Notes: a model not told the origin generated them from the letters alone. A stretch of DNA of 52,899 nucleotides, filler included, from Squatina squatina (GCA_031763465.1; 3 parts of 3 records of this genome joined end to end with filler, not necessarily neighbours in it), one strand, 5' to 3'. Positions 23,690-37,061 are shown, numbered from the whole stretch's first letter. Translations and numbers: made by a program.

Positions 23690-23892
23690 AGAATACAAAC
23701 AAAAAATGATGGAAAAACTCAGCAGGTCAGGCAGCATCTGTGGAGAGAAAAAAAAGAGTCAACGTTTCGGGCCGATGACCCTTCGTCAGAACTGAAAAAG
23801 GCCAGAAATACAGCAAGTTTTATAGAACTGACAGGCAAAGGGGTGGGGGGTGGGAGGGAGGGGAGAGGGAAGGACAAAGGGTAACATAATAG
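23690..23892 (-). mobile_element. Penelope-like element remnant
   Basis: Same repeat as 18265-18385, followed on + by a purine-rich tract. Contains a hammerhead core. Confidence 0.6.
23757..23793 (-). ncRNA. Minimal type-I hammerhead ribozyme-like motif
   Basis: Minus strand AGUU-CUGACGA-A-GGGUC-AUC-GGCCC-GAAA-CGUU-GACU: CUGANGA and GAAA cores, stem II, a 4-bp stem I and palindromic ACGU. Confidence 0.55.
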
Positions 23893-25064
23893 NNNNNNNN
23901 NNNNNNNNNNNNNNNNNNNNNNNNNNNNNNNNNNNNNNNNNNNNNNNNNNNNNNNNNNNNNNNNNNNNNNNNNNNNNNNNNNNNNNNNNNNNCGTGTAGG
24001 TCAGCGAGAACAGGGGTGATGGGCCAGGGCTACATTGTGGAGGATAGGATACAGCCAGCTGGGCTTTGGAGTTTACAGATGGTGGATGATGGAAGGCCAG
24101 CAAAGAGAACAGTGGAGTAATCTAGTCTGGAGGGAACAAAATGTGGATTTTAGAAAATCAGGGAGGTGGGACATTCACAAAACAATCTGAAAAGAAATTC
24201 TACTCTCAATCCTTGCCTTCAAAATGTAGCCAGAGCTCATAACAGTGATTTTAATTTGAAATTTTATGGATTATCATTTCTTGCCATAATTTGTTGTTGG
24301 AGCAGCCAGGGTGAAGACACAAACTAACCTAATCTGTGCTCTCAGAGAAACTGGGCAAATCGTGTGTGTGTGTGTGTTTCTCTCTTCCTCCCCCACCCAC
24401 TTCCCATCCCAAACAGTTAGCAAATTCTGTTCATGTTGACAAAAGGTCTTGACCTTTTTAGGACTTCCTTATATGGCCAGATTATAAAACCTGACCTCCT
24501 TGAAGAACAAACATTCACAAAGCAATCTGAAAAAGCAAATACAGGGCACCACAGAGAAACCCGCTCAGTGGCCTTTGTGAGATGGCAAATTATATCTCAT
24601 TCACTCAGAAGGAGTTCCTGCTGCCTGAGCAAACACTCAGAAAAAGGGTTGTATTATCAGCTCCCTTATCACTGAATCCCTTTAATACAAATTTATTTAC
24701 TTTCTGTCTTATGAAGCACATTTACACTGTGGAAGATCAATGTCGGATCAGGTCTCTTCAGCGTTTATACAGTGCCTCCTCTCTGGGACTGTCTTCAAAT
24801 TACCATCCTACGCACGTGCTGCTGAGTGTCACAAACCAGGGAGAGCGTCAAAGGGCCACACTGTTAAAAGCAACCAATATAACTTAAACAAGATCAGCTT
24901 TAAACTAGAGAGCCAAGACGCACAGTCTATTAATTCTACATGGAGTACACAGTGCAGCAAGTCACTGGTTACAGATGTGATCGTTTGTAAGCACTAATTG
25001 AAATGAAGAACAGGATCCGAGCAAGAGCTCACAGAGGCACAACACATGATGAATGGGGAGAGGC

Positions 25065-25545
25065 ATTACAAAGTAAATGGTACAATTTTTAAAGGGGTAC
25101 AGGAGACACCGGGGCGGGGGGCGGGGGGGGTTTACATATGCAAATCTTTAAGGTGGCAGGACAAGTTGCAAAGGCTGATTAAAAAAAACATATGGGATCC
25201 CTGGCTTTATAAATAGAGGCAGAGTACAGAAAAAGGGGGTTATGCTAAACCTTTATAAATCACTGCTTACATCCCACCTGGGGAATTGTGCCCAATTCTG
25301 GGCACCAAACTTTAGGAAGGGTGTCAAGGCCTCGGAGAGGGAGATTTACTAGAATGGTACCGGGAATTATAGAGAAGCTGTGATTGTTCTCCTTAGGAGT
25401 AGAGGTGAAGAGGAAATTTGCTGGAGATGTACAAAATTATGAGCAGTTTTGATAGAGTAAATAGGGAGAAATTGTTTCCACTGCCACAAAAGTAACAGAT
25501 TTAAGATAATTGCCAAAAGAACCAGAGATGATTTAAAAAAAAACT
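25065..25545 (+). mobile_element. Decayed CR1 ORF2 3' region
   Basis: Frameshifted GILGFINRG...LYKSL...HLGNCAQFWAP.FRK motifs. Confidence 0.75.
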
Positions 25546-26028
25546 GCTTTGTGTCCACATGTCTCAGCCCCCACCCCGCCTCCATGTCAGCCATCTTGGT
25601 AAAGGTAAGTAAGTAGAAGGTAAGGGCTACATTTTCCTTTAAATCTAAGTTTTTAAAAGTTTAAGTTTCCTGGAACTCCCAACACCGCCATCGCTCTGTG
25701 AGGCATTTTTAGACCTAATCTGTCCTGCTGCTGCTGGACACAAGCATGTTCTGCCATTGCTTCCGCCAGCAATTCGGCCATCCTGGCTGATATCCACCTC
25801 CCTTTACCCCTTGGTTTGGTCGTTATTTTAAGAAAATTTCTCAACGTGAATTCAAAGTTGCGTCATTTTTGTCCTAGGAACTGTATGGATTCACGACCAC
25901 AGCCAATGTATGCGTGCACATGTCTGTCCGCGGATCTGCTCATATCATTTGAAAGAAGCACTGCAAAGTGCTCAACCGTTGCATAAGTTGACTTGTGGCT
26001 AAATTTTAGACAGCGTATACACCAGTAT

Positions 26029-26117
26029 CTCACTCAGATGGTGGCGGATTCAATTCCCACTCCAGAGACTTGAGCACAAAATCTAGTCTGACTGCCGGGA
26101 GTGCTGCACTGTCGCAG
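26029..26117 (+). mobile_element. DeuSINE (SacSINE1-like) 5' tRNA-derived head
   Basis: 'ggattcaattcccactccagagacttgagcacaaaatctag...gggagtgctgcactgtcg' with a B-box-like segment. Confidence 0.6.
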
Positions 26118-26217
26118 NNNNNNNNNNNNNNNNNNNNNNNNNNNNNNNNNNNNNNNNNNNNNNNNNNNNNNNNNNNNNNNNNNNNNNNNNNNNNNNNNNN
26201 NNNNNNNNNNNNNNNNN

Positions 26218-26418
26218 ACACCTGTTTGCATCTCTACCGCTCTCTCCTCCTTTAAGATGCTGCTCAAAACCGACCTCTCTGATCAAGCATTTGGTCATGT
26301 GTCTTAATGTCACCTTCTTTGGTTCAGTGCCAATTTTGTGTCTGATTACACTCCTGTAAAACGCCATGGGACATTTTACTACATTAAAAGTGCTATACAA
26401 ATGCAATTTATTGTTGCT
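26218..26418 (+). mobile_element. L2 LINE 3' end
   Basis: 'tcctttaagatgctgctcaaaacc.acctct.tga.caagc.tttgg' plus an L2-type tail. Related copies at 45785-45875 and 52745-52899. Confidence 0.75.
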
Positions 26419-29196
26419 GTATAATGCTTAAGCAAATTACTGGTGGTTACAGGCCTGTTATTCGCGGTGTTTGTGGTAAGAATAATTTCAGGTGATGAAT
26501 TAAGAGCATCACACAATGTGCATTGAGTTAAGTGTGATTTGTTCCTACAATGTACTGGCAACAATATCCTAAATTGGCCAAGCAGCCTCTTAACAGTCAC
26601 TGGTCCTTTTCTGTGCCAGCACCAGTGGGGTGAATACTGCCCCTTTAAATTGAAGGAATGTTTGGCTCCTCTTCTTAAATAGACTATTTTTCTTCTTTCT
26701 TTCCCTCCCTTGCTCCACAATCAAAATAGTCAACTTAACTCCTTCCAAATGATGCCACGAGTGATTCCTGAACAATTGCAACCCTGTAGCATAAGTTAAA
26801 AGATAACCTTAAGGAGCCAGGAATTCAGATAGGACCAGCACAGAGGTATGTAACGGAGACTCACTAAAAGCTAATACTCATAACTCCAAATTATCACCTT
26901 GTCAACTGGTTGGACCCCTACCCCTCGCCCCAACCAACCACCACACTAAACAAAATGGTCAAAAGTGCATAACTTTTGCACTAAAAGTGCATTTATAGGT
27001 AAGGAGAGAAATACCACACACTTACACAAACACTGGCTTCCCTCTTGCATTGAGAAAATATTCAGTGCGTCCACCCCATCTAACCTGAAGTTAAAAAGGA
27101 ACTAACTTATCAGCACCCAGCACTGACAAGCTTCCAGATGCAACCCATCACACTTGAAATACACCCATGTCAATTTGATAAGATTTGTTTACGTTAAATC
27201 CTCAGGTTTTTTTTTTAAATTCCCATTCGCCATCCAGCAGTCAAAATACAAAGTGTGACCCGGTTGACACCGATGAAATTGAAAGCATTGGCGAGTTGGT
27301 AGATGTCAGGGATCTTTCATGCTCTTTACCTGCACTAACAAACTTCCTGGTGTCAAAAAAAGGGCTCGGTTTTTTCACTATTAGCGTTCTAGTCAATGGC
27401 ACCTTCACACAAGGCAATGCCGAGCTCTGGGGGAATGTGATGGGATCTAAAAGACTGCAGATAGAACAAAGGACAGCTGGAATTATTATTAACAAGCGGT
27501 AGATATTTCGCCCCACACAGACTTCTTTCTATGCGCTTACAGGGAAAGTCGCACGTCCAGAGAGTGAAGCGAATATGAGGAGACGGAGGAGAAATTATCT
27601 TGCCATCGTAATTTTGAATGTAGCAATTTTTTGGGACAAAACAATGTAGGTAACGATCAGAAAATGCAAGAGGAGTCGAGGTTACATCTCCCCTCAACTT
27701 CCAGCTGAAGTCTCCCCCCTCCCTCCCCCATGATGATGCTGAGGTCAGTCACAGTCCTCCCCCGGTCAATCACACTCCCCCCACCCCCAACGTTGTGTCA
27801 TCTGCAAACTTAGAAATATTACATTTAGTTCCCTCATCCAAATCAGCTGCTGGCGTAACCAGGAAGTGATGTGGCATTGCCTGGGTCACCACTGGGTCAG
27901 CGTCGTGGCAACACTGGCCGAGACGGCCTTAAAGAGGCTAAGGCGCATGTTAATAACGGCACATGTGGTTACCACGCCTTGATTTTTTTCTGCAAGATAC
28001 GGCCTAAGGTGTGCCATTCGATTATATTAGCAAGTGCACTGGAGCTACTGATCCTTGGCATTGGTGGATGATTTACGGGATAGGAAATATCCTGGATATA
28101 GCATCCCAGAAATCCCTTAACGGGAAATAAAGTGCAGTGATAACATAGACTCACGGAACACAGTCTCCACTCCCACAGAAGTGCCCCTGGACTTCCTGCA
28201 ATATTATTTTCAGAAAGCCACATCGCTGTGTCAGAAGCAGTTACTGGAATATAAATTAAAGGGTTATGTCACATTCATGACATTATGAAGCAAACCAATT
28301 TCCTGGTTTTGTGACTGCCCACATGAAATGAGGTGTTATCAAAAAAAAAGAGGTCCTGCATTGCTGCTGTTGTTCTTCTGATCTCGTGCTGTAACTTCAA
28401 CAGGGGATCAGTAGAATTCCAGAAGAGAGTGGAAATTAAGGGCCAGAGGGCAGCCAATTAGATTGCCCTGAGTTTCTGCTGCTAAGGGACGAATTGGTGA
28501 GTGCAAAGTTCAAGGGCGGTCAATTCGTGATTTTAGCATTTCTAGCGCTAAGCGCCGAATTTAGCGCTGAAAGTGAGACTCTTAGAAAATTTTCAGTNNN
28601 NNNNNNNNNNNNNNNNNNNNNNNNNNNNNNNNNNNNNNNNNNNNNNNNNNNNNNNNNNNNNNNNNNNNNNNNNNNNNNNNNNNNNNNNNNNNNNNNNNNN
28701 NNNNNNNNNNNNNNNNNNNNNNNNNNNNNNNNNNNNNNNNNNNNNNNNNNNNNNNNNNNNNNNNNNNNNNNNNNNNNNNNNNNNNNNNNNNNNNNNNNNN
28801 NNNNNNNNNNNNNNNNNNNNNNNCTCACTGAATGCTGGGCCGCCTGATAAATCCAGGTAGTCAGATCAGACCCACCGTTACATGTTACTACAAGCAGATA
28901 GGAACAGTAAAGTTCTTCAGGGAATGCTGGCTGCTAACTCCAATTCCCTTCCAAAAAAAGACAACTCGCTGCTAACTTCTTACACTACCGAGCTTGTATT
29001 TTAAATGCAACTTTAAAACTTTTTTTAAATAGCGATTACAAATCTGCAATTGCAGTTTTTTAAAAAAAACATAAGAAATTTTCCTCCCTTCGCATCCTGC
29101 TGTTTCTCTACAAACAATATATTAAATATGATTTTGGAACTTTTAAAAAAAACCCAGAAGAATCCGTGAACGAACATGCTGAAATGCAGTACTCAC

Positions 29197-29295
29197 CGCT
29201 GCCTCAGAGTTCTGCACCCAAACAGTTAGCACCGATAGCAACAAGAAGACGCCAGCAGCAAGTTGGTCGAAGGTGAACGACTTTACAAACTTCAT
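29197..29295 (-). CDS. COL4A5: Collagen IV alpha-5 exon 1 (signal peptide)
   Basis: MKFVKSFTFDQLAAGVFLLLSVLTVWVQNSEAA|GTGAGT matches human COL4A5 [27 protein letters not shown], which ends at the same EAA exon boundary. Confidence 0.88.
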
Positions 29296-29947
29296 TTTCC
29301 GGCTCTCGACTTGGGGGCTGATCAACTGACTAGAATTGCACATCCACACATGTTCTATGTGGAAATAGGGCGGAGGGGGGAAAGAGAGAGAGAGACAGGA
29401 GGAAATAATTCTGCTTAAAGGGAGAGGGAGAAAGAAATGAAGTGAGAATGTACTGTGTGAGTGTGCAATAACCAGCCACAATTAGCCGCCCTCTCTCTCT
29501 CTCTTACTCCTCTATCTAGCAGCCTGGCACACACTACCCGCTCTCCTCTGATCTCCACGATCCGTCAGGAACTACTTCCTCCAAACTGTACCACTTCGCA
29601 AGGGGAAAAAAAGCGCTTCAACCTGATGCGTTCAGAGTGTGTCTGTGGGGGGGAGGCGAGCAATAACATCAAATCACCTCTAAAAGGCGAATGGGACGTG
29701 AAGCCACGCCCCAACACACTGTTCTCGCCCTCTTCAACCCCCACCCCTTCTATTGTTTTCTCCTCGCACAACTTTATTTACTCAAAAAAACAGTGGGGAG
29801 AAAAAAAGTTTGCCAAACTTTCTCTGGGGGACTATTTTACTTTAGCGGTTATGTCGAAGAGCGGGTTCCCAAGGAATTGAAAGAAATCGCTGTACACTGG
29901 AGGCGGATTAGGAGAAATACTTTTGTTGCTAATGATAAAAAAGGAGT
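29296..29947. promoter_or_regulatory. COL4A5 5' UTR and COL4A5/COL4A6 bidirectional promoter region
   Basis: Lies between COL4A5 exon 1 (-) and the plus-strand collagen IV exons. GC box GGGCGG at 29368-29373; GA- and CT-rich tracts. The head-to-head pairing is established in vertebrates. Confidence 0.65.
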
Positions 29948-32184
29948 NNNNNNNNNNNNNNNNNNNNNNNNNNNNNNNNNNNNNNNNNNNNNNNNNNNNN
30001 NNNNNNNNNNNNNNNNNNNNNNNNNNNNNNNNNNNNNNNNNNNNNNNTAAGGCGAATGAGAACAAAGTAACTGAAGTATTCGGCATTACCCTGTAGGTTC
30101 TTTCAGTTTTTATTGTTTTTTCAAATGCTCAATCAGCTTTTGTAATGACAGCTTAAGTTGTAGAGACTGGAGAAGAGGAGACTTCTAAACGGTAGATTAA
30201 AGGTTTTTCTGAATTGTGATAATATCATGAAAGGCCCCTGTGCATTATGAGGTGAGGCAAACCCAGTATTGTCACTGTTGCTGTACATACCCTTTCATCT
30301 TTATTTATTCCAAATGTTGATGCTTTACCAGAATCCAAAACAAATCTGTCACGTGGGATTGCATTTGGTCTGGAGGAGGGAAGTGCCAGGCTGGGGTGGT
30401 GGGGGGTAGGGGGGCAGAATCTCTACATTTACTGGGAAAAGGTAGCAAAGAGCGATAAAAACAGACGGCACAGGCAAACAGAAATAAGAGATGGTTTGTG
30501 ACCAATGTTATCAGTAATTTCTTTTGGGCCCTTTAAGGTGCTGCGCGGGCCATTCAAAATACCACGCATGCGTAGATTTACACTGAAAAGCCTGCTGCGC
30601 GGGCTCCCTGTGACATATTAGGAGGGGAGTCATTTTTTCCCCCCCAGTTTTCACCCTGTCCCTTCCAGTGACCCTGATGAGCTCCTCACCTCCCTCGGTG
30701 TNNNNNNNNNNNNNNNNNNNNNNNNNNNNNNNNNNNNNNNNNNNNNNNNNNNNNNNNNNNNNNNNNNNNNNNNNNNNNNNNNNNNNNNNNNNNNNNNNNN
30801 NATCGAGTTCATGTTTAGGAACAGAAGGAAAAAGCCTTACATTTTCCTCATTGCTCCTTTAATTCCTTTCTCCAACCATCATCATACTTCCAAAAAATAA
30901 TGACACCCATGTTCTGAAGAGGCCCAGCAGCCTGAAGCAGAATCATAACTTTAATCTAGATGAGAGGTATTCTAATACATTAATGCTTATGGGAAGAAGT
31001 GAAGGGGACAAGAAACCATGTATTGTGACACTGTAACTATTAGCACTATTCGAGATATTTCTTTCTAACAGCCAATATTTACAACTGCTGGTATTAAAGA
31101 GTGGCAAGAATATGGCCTAATTTACTTTGAAGTTTGCCCTTCTCCTTTTTATCCCCCTTACCTCGGGTTGTATTGTGCAGATGTAGCCAACAGAGAAAAG
31201 CATATTCTCAAAGACATTGCAACTCCAATCCTAAACACAACTGCTTTTATAAATAAAGGAAGGAATGCTCCCAACAGTCATCAGCCAGTTCAGTTCCTCT
31301 GACATCCGAGGGCATGCGCTCCAGGTAGCTTATGGTATTGCTTTAATTAGAACAGACTAGTGGCCATGCTCAGGAGTGTTATACCCCTAAGAATATGTGT
31401 CTGAATATACAGTCCAGTCTTGAGTAACCCAGCAACTCNNNNNNNNNNNNNNNNNNNNNNNNNNNNNNNNNNNNNNNNNNNNNNNNNNNNNNNNNNNNNN
31501 NNNNNNNNNNNNNNNNNNNNNNNNNNNNNNNNNNNNNNCAAATTACAAGCATTAATGTAAGCTTCATTAATTTTTCAGTACGCAATATATTTCCAGTCTG
31601 TGTAATCTGGTACAGACAGAACCTTTTTGTCCCTCAAATCCCCCCATACAAAAGAGTGAAGACAGCCAGGCTTTAGAGGCCTGTCACTGTTACCCTGAAT
31701 TTGGTTCACTTCCTGCTGGCCAGCTTCAGAATTTCATTACCAGGCAGATTCCCAAGTTAGCCATCAGGCTGGGATTTGCAGGAACTCTTTGTCCAGAATT
31801 GTCTGTGGTCTGAGGGGAAGAATTTTCTTGTCACACAGTGTGTTCATCAGGGACTGATGGGTGCTTAGAAGGAAGCATTTCTAGTCTAGATCACAAATGC
31901 TGGCTTCTGATGATCGGTGATGTGGACATGATTATCTAATACCCTTTCATTATAGTCTCACGTCTGCAGCCACCACCAAGAATGTAGCAACAACAGGCTG
32001 CCTGAGCCAAGCTATGTAGAGAGAAGACTAGATGAGTATCCCTGGACAAAGCTCTGCCACATTAAGCTTTTCTGGCAATGAAGCTGATATCATTTAATGC
32101 TGTTTCACTTCTTTTTGGGGCTCTTTTTCTAAGTCTTTGGAGGCATATGTCTTGTTCAAGTTTTACTCTTCGGGAAGGCCACCA

Positions 32185-32420
32185 TTATAGAATCAAAGAA
32201 TGATACCGAACAGAAGGAGGCCATTTGGCCCATTGTACCTGTGCTGGCTCTTTGAAAGAGCGATCCAATTAGTCCCACTCCACTGTTCTCCCCCTCCCCC
32301 CGTAGCCCTGCAAATTTTTCTTTTAAAGTACCTATCCACTTACTTTTTGAAAATGACTATTGAATGTGCTTCCACCACCTTTTCAGTCAGTGCTTTCCAG
32401 ATCGCAACAACCCACTGAAT
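32185..32420 (-). mobile_element. CR1-type LINE 3' end
   Basis: 'acagaaggaggccatttggcccattgtacctgtgctggctc...tgcttccaccacc...ttccagatcgcaacaaccc' is the reverse of a CR1 tail. Confidence 0.75.
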
Positions 32421-32629
32421 TCAAAAAAATGGGTAAAATTGTCATAAATTTTGAGGGATGAAAGAACAATTATTCTGTATTTCTGAGTTTTATAGAAATA
32501 AAATGTGATTTAAACACGCTGTCTGTCATTTAACAGTACATAATACAGCCCAATGGTACTGGGCAGGAGCCAGATGTGTGGTATTGGGAATGTAAGATTG
32601 TAAAGTAAAATTTCGGACTATTACATTTG

Positions 32630-32960
32630 TAAGTCTGCCTAGTGCGGTACTAACTAAACAGATCGAGTGAGTCCCAAGTTTAGTTCATGCTTTGTGCTAA
32701 ATCAGCTGATCTCGGCTGGGATGGCAGTGAGTATGTCGGCATCCCTGGGCTAGTGAGGCAAAAAGCAGCCAGGGTTCCTACCCCGATACTGTTGGAGCAT
32801 GTGTGTTTAAGAATGTCGGATGAGGCCAGGCTCAGCTGTGGCGTTCCCCATGGTTGAAGAGCCTGTGGACTCTCACCATGTAGGATCCCATTTGAAGAAC
32901 AGCTACTTGAGTGAAATACCCAAGGGCTGTTGGGGCCCGTGGAACCATAGCCCAGCTTGA
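32630..32960 (+). mobile_element. Old SINE-like repeat (copy 4, most complete)
   Basis: Reference copy for the family; shares blocks with the four other loci. Confidence 0.5.
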
Positions 32961-34344
32961 CTCAGTGCATTTAGGAGAGGAACTATCAGGGATGGGAGGT
33001 TGGGGGTGGTGGGGGGGAGTTATCCCGCTCATTTCCTCCTCCTCCTGATTTGATGGGTATCTCTCCATGAGTAGTATTGTAAGTACCTCTGTTTTACATG
33101 TGAGGTCAGATAGTGATGTACTTCCAACATAGACAAGCACAGCTCTGCCCGAGCCTCACGCTGAATAGTTTGCCCTCTACCGCAGCCTCTGCTCACACAA
33201 TTCCCGCTGGAAGTTAAAATCGGCCCTTAGATACCCTAACTCTTCCATTGTTAATGCAGAAATACAGATTTTCTTTCAATTAACTTGTTCTGAGCTCCCA
33301 CCTGCTTGTAAAGCCAGCGCTGTTCTGTCCTTCACCAATATTTGGCTACTGGGCCAGCAATAGAAGTGATCCTCTTTGCTCCTTGTTATTTGGTGAGATA
33401 TATCATCTTAACATTCCAATTTTTGCTCACTGCTAAATTCACAGACATGCACCAGAATTTATCTTCATTTAAAAACATAGTTGAAAAAAAAGGTGTCCCC
33501 CCAACCCCCTAGTAACAGTTTCCTCACCTCCTCTCCTGTAAGTCCTCCTCGAAGCACCAGCTGTCGCTGGAATCCACTTCCATGGATGCCAGCTGCCACT
33601 CTCTCTCCTTAGTGTCTGACTTATGCCTGAGTCTCAACAGAGCATGTTGGCAATGCCTAAGGGCGGAACATAGAAATAGGAGCAGGAGTAGGCCATTCAG
33701 CCCCTCGAGCCTGCTCTGAAGCGAGCCTGGGGAAGCCCAGTCTAACAAGGGGCAATGCAAAGAAAAAAGGAATTTTGGGCAACAAAATTAAGAGGATTTT
33801 TACTCGTTTTCCAAACATGGAACACTCTGATTCTTGAAGAGTAAATATTGTCAAAACTTGGCACAACTAATGCAATCAGGGAAAAATATTGTCTGAAAGC
33901 AGTAGAATTGAATCACGCAGTCTTGGTGGCTCTCAATTTCACCTGGCTATCTGCACGCAAATCAGGATCAGAATCGTGTTTACAAGCAAAAAGATTCCTG
34001 ATGATTAACATTAAAAACATGTACAGCTCTTCAATCAAATGGATTTTTCTCCCAACCCTCGTTCTTGGGTATCTCTCTTTGTTGCGCACCATCCCTGGTT
34101 GAGTGGACAGCTGACCCACCCCCTGGATCTACCAGTGTCACTCTGGAATCAGCTACTAGGAGTGGCACGAGAACGGCCCAGGGGAATCTTCTGCGTTTCC
34201 CTCACTTTCCTCTTGTGTGGAGAAGTATCTGTCTTTTGTTCAGCCACCCTTCAGTATCTAACCCGTGGGGCTGTTTTTATTATGGACGAGCTTTGCTAGT
34301 GGCTAGCGTGGGTCAGAGAACTGGGTCTACAGTGTTATAGCTTT

Positions 34345-34468
34345 ACCAACATCAATAAGAAACTGATTATCTGGTCATTTATCTCATTGCTGTTGTTGGG
34401 ATCTTGCTGTGTGCAAATTGGCAGCCGCATTTCCCACATTACAACAGTGACTACACTTCAAAAGTATT
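34345..34468 (+). mobile_element. DeuSINE 3' body
   Basis: 'gattatctggtcatttatctcattgctgtt..tgggatcttgctgtgtgcaaattggc.gccgc.tttcc.acattacaacagtgactacacttcaaaagta'. Confidence 0.75.
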
Positions 34469-36968
34469 TTTTTTACATAAAATTACATCGGGTATAAGGC
34501 ACAGAAGCAGGCCATTCAGCCCAATCAGTCCATAGAACATAGAAGCATAGAAAAATAGGTGCAGGAGTTGGCCATTCGACCCTTCGAGCCNNNNNNNNNN
34601 NNNNNNNNNNNNNNNNNNNNNNNNNNNNNNNNNNNNNNNNNNNNNNNNNNNNNNNNNNNNNNNNNNNNNNNNNNNNNNNNNNNNNNNNNNTGCACAATTA
34701 CCCAAGTACTTTGAGTCTTTTCCGTGTTTTTGAAGTGTCCTCAGGTTGGCATCGAACAGCAGGAGGAAAATATGCATGAAATGTGCTTGTGATCACGAAG
34801 CCTTTTATGATTGGTAATTGTGCTATCAAGCAAAGGGCTCGACTCGGAATCAGCAGCTCTCGAATGGACGGCCCCAATGAATGGAATTCACCTGTTCGCC
34901 CATTGTTGTGTGTGGGAGATTTGACATAATAGTGGTTCACTGTGGAATGTGCTGCAGCCCTGGGAATGACTCCAGCTTAGTACTTATCTTTCTCCCTGTG
35001 CCTCAATATAAAACCTCATATGTAGCTCTCTTGATGGCTGTGAATCTTTATCCATTGAGGACCGTGGCATGGGGTGCAAATTGACTTCAGTGCGCTGGGC
35101 TAAAGGAAAGGGTGTTTTGGCAAGGGTCCCCGCTCCTGACTGCTGTCTGGCACAGGAAGTGAATGCTGGGTGAGGGACAAGATCAGGCTGTAATTTGTTT
35201 TACAATCAATTTCCTTTCCCCTCCTTGTGCTAGCTCCAGGGTTTGAAAACATAGCGTGGCCTAATCACTGCTTCTCGATTTCATCTCTCGTCTTTCCTTT
35301 TCAAACTGGGTGGTGTCCTGCATTCTGGGCTCTGACCGTCCTCTAGGTCCTCAATTATAAAATACATCTCCTCAAAAAGTGCATGCGATGGCTATTATTG
35401 CTGGCTTGATTGCAGTGCTTTGACACAAGTTAGGCGGCGCTAGTATCTCCAGGAACATGGAGTATCAGCTCACAATGTCAGGGTGAACCGGGAAACAAAA
35501 CAGAAAAGATAAAGACAAAATTACATTTATTTGAAAAGATGTAGGCCTGCTTGGAACCCTTAGAGAAACAGAATAAATAACTGAAGGTGGCCATTCACAC
35601 CATTTCTCCATGGTTTTTGCTAAAGTTGTAGTCGAAGATCGGAAGAACCATGCGGAAACTCTCCCCTATGGTGTTTGTATATCTGTCCCATCTCTAACCA
35701 CTAGATGGCTCTGGACAATGTTAACACATTGCACCTCCCAGCAAGATCAAGGGTCTCGAAATTAGTTTAGGCCAGCTTTGAAGTGCCAAATGGGCACAGG
35801 AAACGAATCCTGCACCCAAAAACAGAGGCCCAAGACTCACTCCTGAGTTGTGTTTCGGGTCTCATCTCCATAGTTCTGGTGAGCTGCAGATGCCATTGAG
35901 TATCCCAATGTAGCTCGTCGGTCCACACCTTCCCAAAATCGACTCAGACACCGAATTAGCCCGCAGGTAAGTCTTGGAGGAGATCAGGTGAATGGGAGGG
36001 GGTAGGGCAAGGACGGAACAATGTATGGTAAATGAAAAACAAAAAGTTTACATGTTCTTTGGCAGCCTCCAGTAGTCCCTTTNNNNNNNNNNNNNNNNNN
36101 NNNNNNNNNNNNNNNNNNNNNNNNNNNNNNNNNNNNNNNNNNNNNNNNNNNNNNNNNNNNNNNNNNNNNNNNNNNNNNNNNNGAGGACAAGGCCAATCCC
36201 TGTACCAGCACAATTAACCTTATTATTAATCACAAATTTTTCAGATGTTATTTATGGAAACATTTGTTAAATATGTAAGGGGAAAAGAAATTTCATAACC
36301 TTTCCACCGCTTTTTCACGGAGGGTTTTATTATTTTTTGTCTACCTTTCTCACTTGTTTTTTTCCCCTCTTGGGTATCTTCTCTCTCCCCTCATGCCGTA
36401 CAGCATTTCCTGCCCACGGGAATGACCAGTTGACCCACATTCTGTCATTGTCGGCAGTGTTCTCAAACTGACCATGACGAGGTATAAGAACAAAAGAAAT
36501 AGGAGCAGGAGTAGGCCATTCGGCCCCTCGATCCTGCATCTTCAATCAGATCATGGTATGGTTGAGGTCAGTCCATGGTGCCTTTTTCTCCCTATCTCTG
36601 TAGGGAACCAAGTGGCCTCTGGTTAGTTCTACAGCTTTCCTGAAGATTCAGTAGAGGCAGCGAATTCACTGTGTCAGGAATCGCTGGGGCAAACAGTGAG
36701 TCCTACCACTCTGTTGCACTGTGTGAGGGCGTGACAGTCTGGCACTCTATTGGACTACCATTGAAGTTTTTACTTGGTACTTCTCTTTCTCAACCCTCTG
36801 GCTTACTGCTGTTTTTTTAAAAAAAATATATTTCCTCTGGTGGTGGGAAGGTGAACCGTGTTAACATTGGGAAAGGTTACTTGGGTGTGTAATATACTGG
36901 AACTGTTTCTGACACTAACCGTAACTAACCTTTTCCCCCCCTCCTCCCTCCACCCTCCCTGACCTCAG

Positions 36969-37061
36969 GGTGATGTAGGCCTTCCTGGCCCTCCCGGGCG
37001 CCCAGGAACTATCCCACAGGGCTCAGGGCCTGGGATAAACATCTCAATCATAGGAGAGAAG
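36969..37061 (+). CDS. COL4A6: Collagen IV alpha-6 exon (93 bp, with interruption)
   Basis: GDVGLPGPPGRPGTIPQGSGPGINISIIGEK. Double CTAAC branch motif, long pyrimidine tract, acceptor ctcAG, donor AAG|GTAACA. Opposite strand to COL4A5. Confidence 0.75.

Noticed and set aside
35874-35972. Exon-like segment with CAG|GTAAGT inside the COL4A6 span
   Set aside because: Stops in all frames from the obvious acceptor and no collagen character; only a lone donor.
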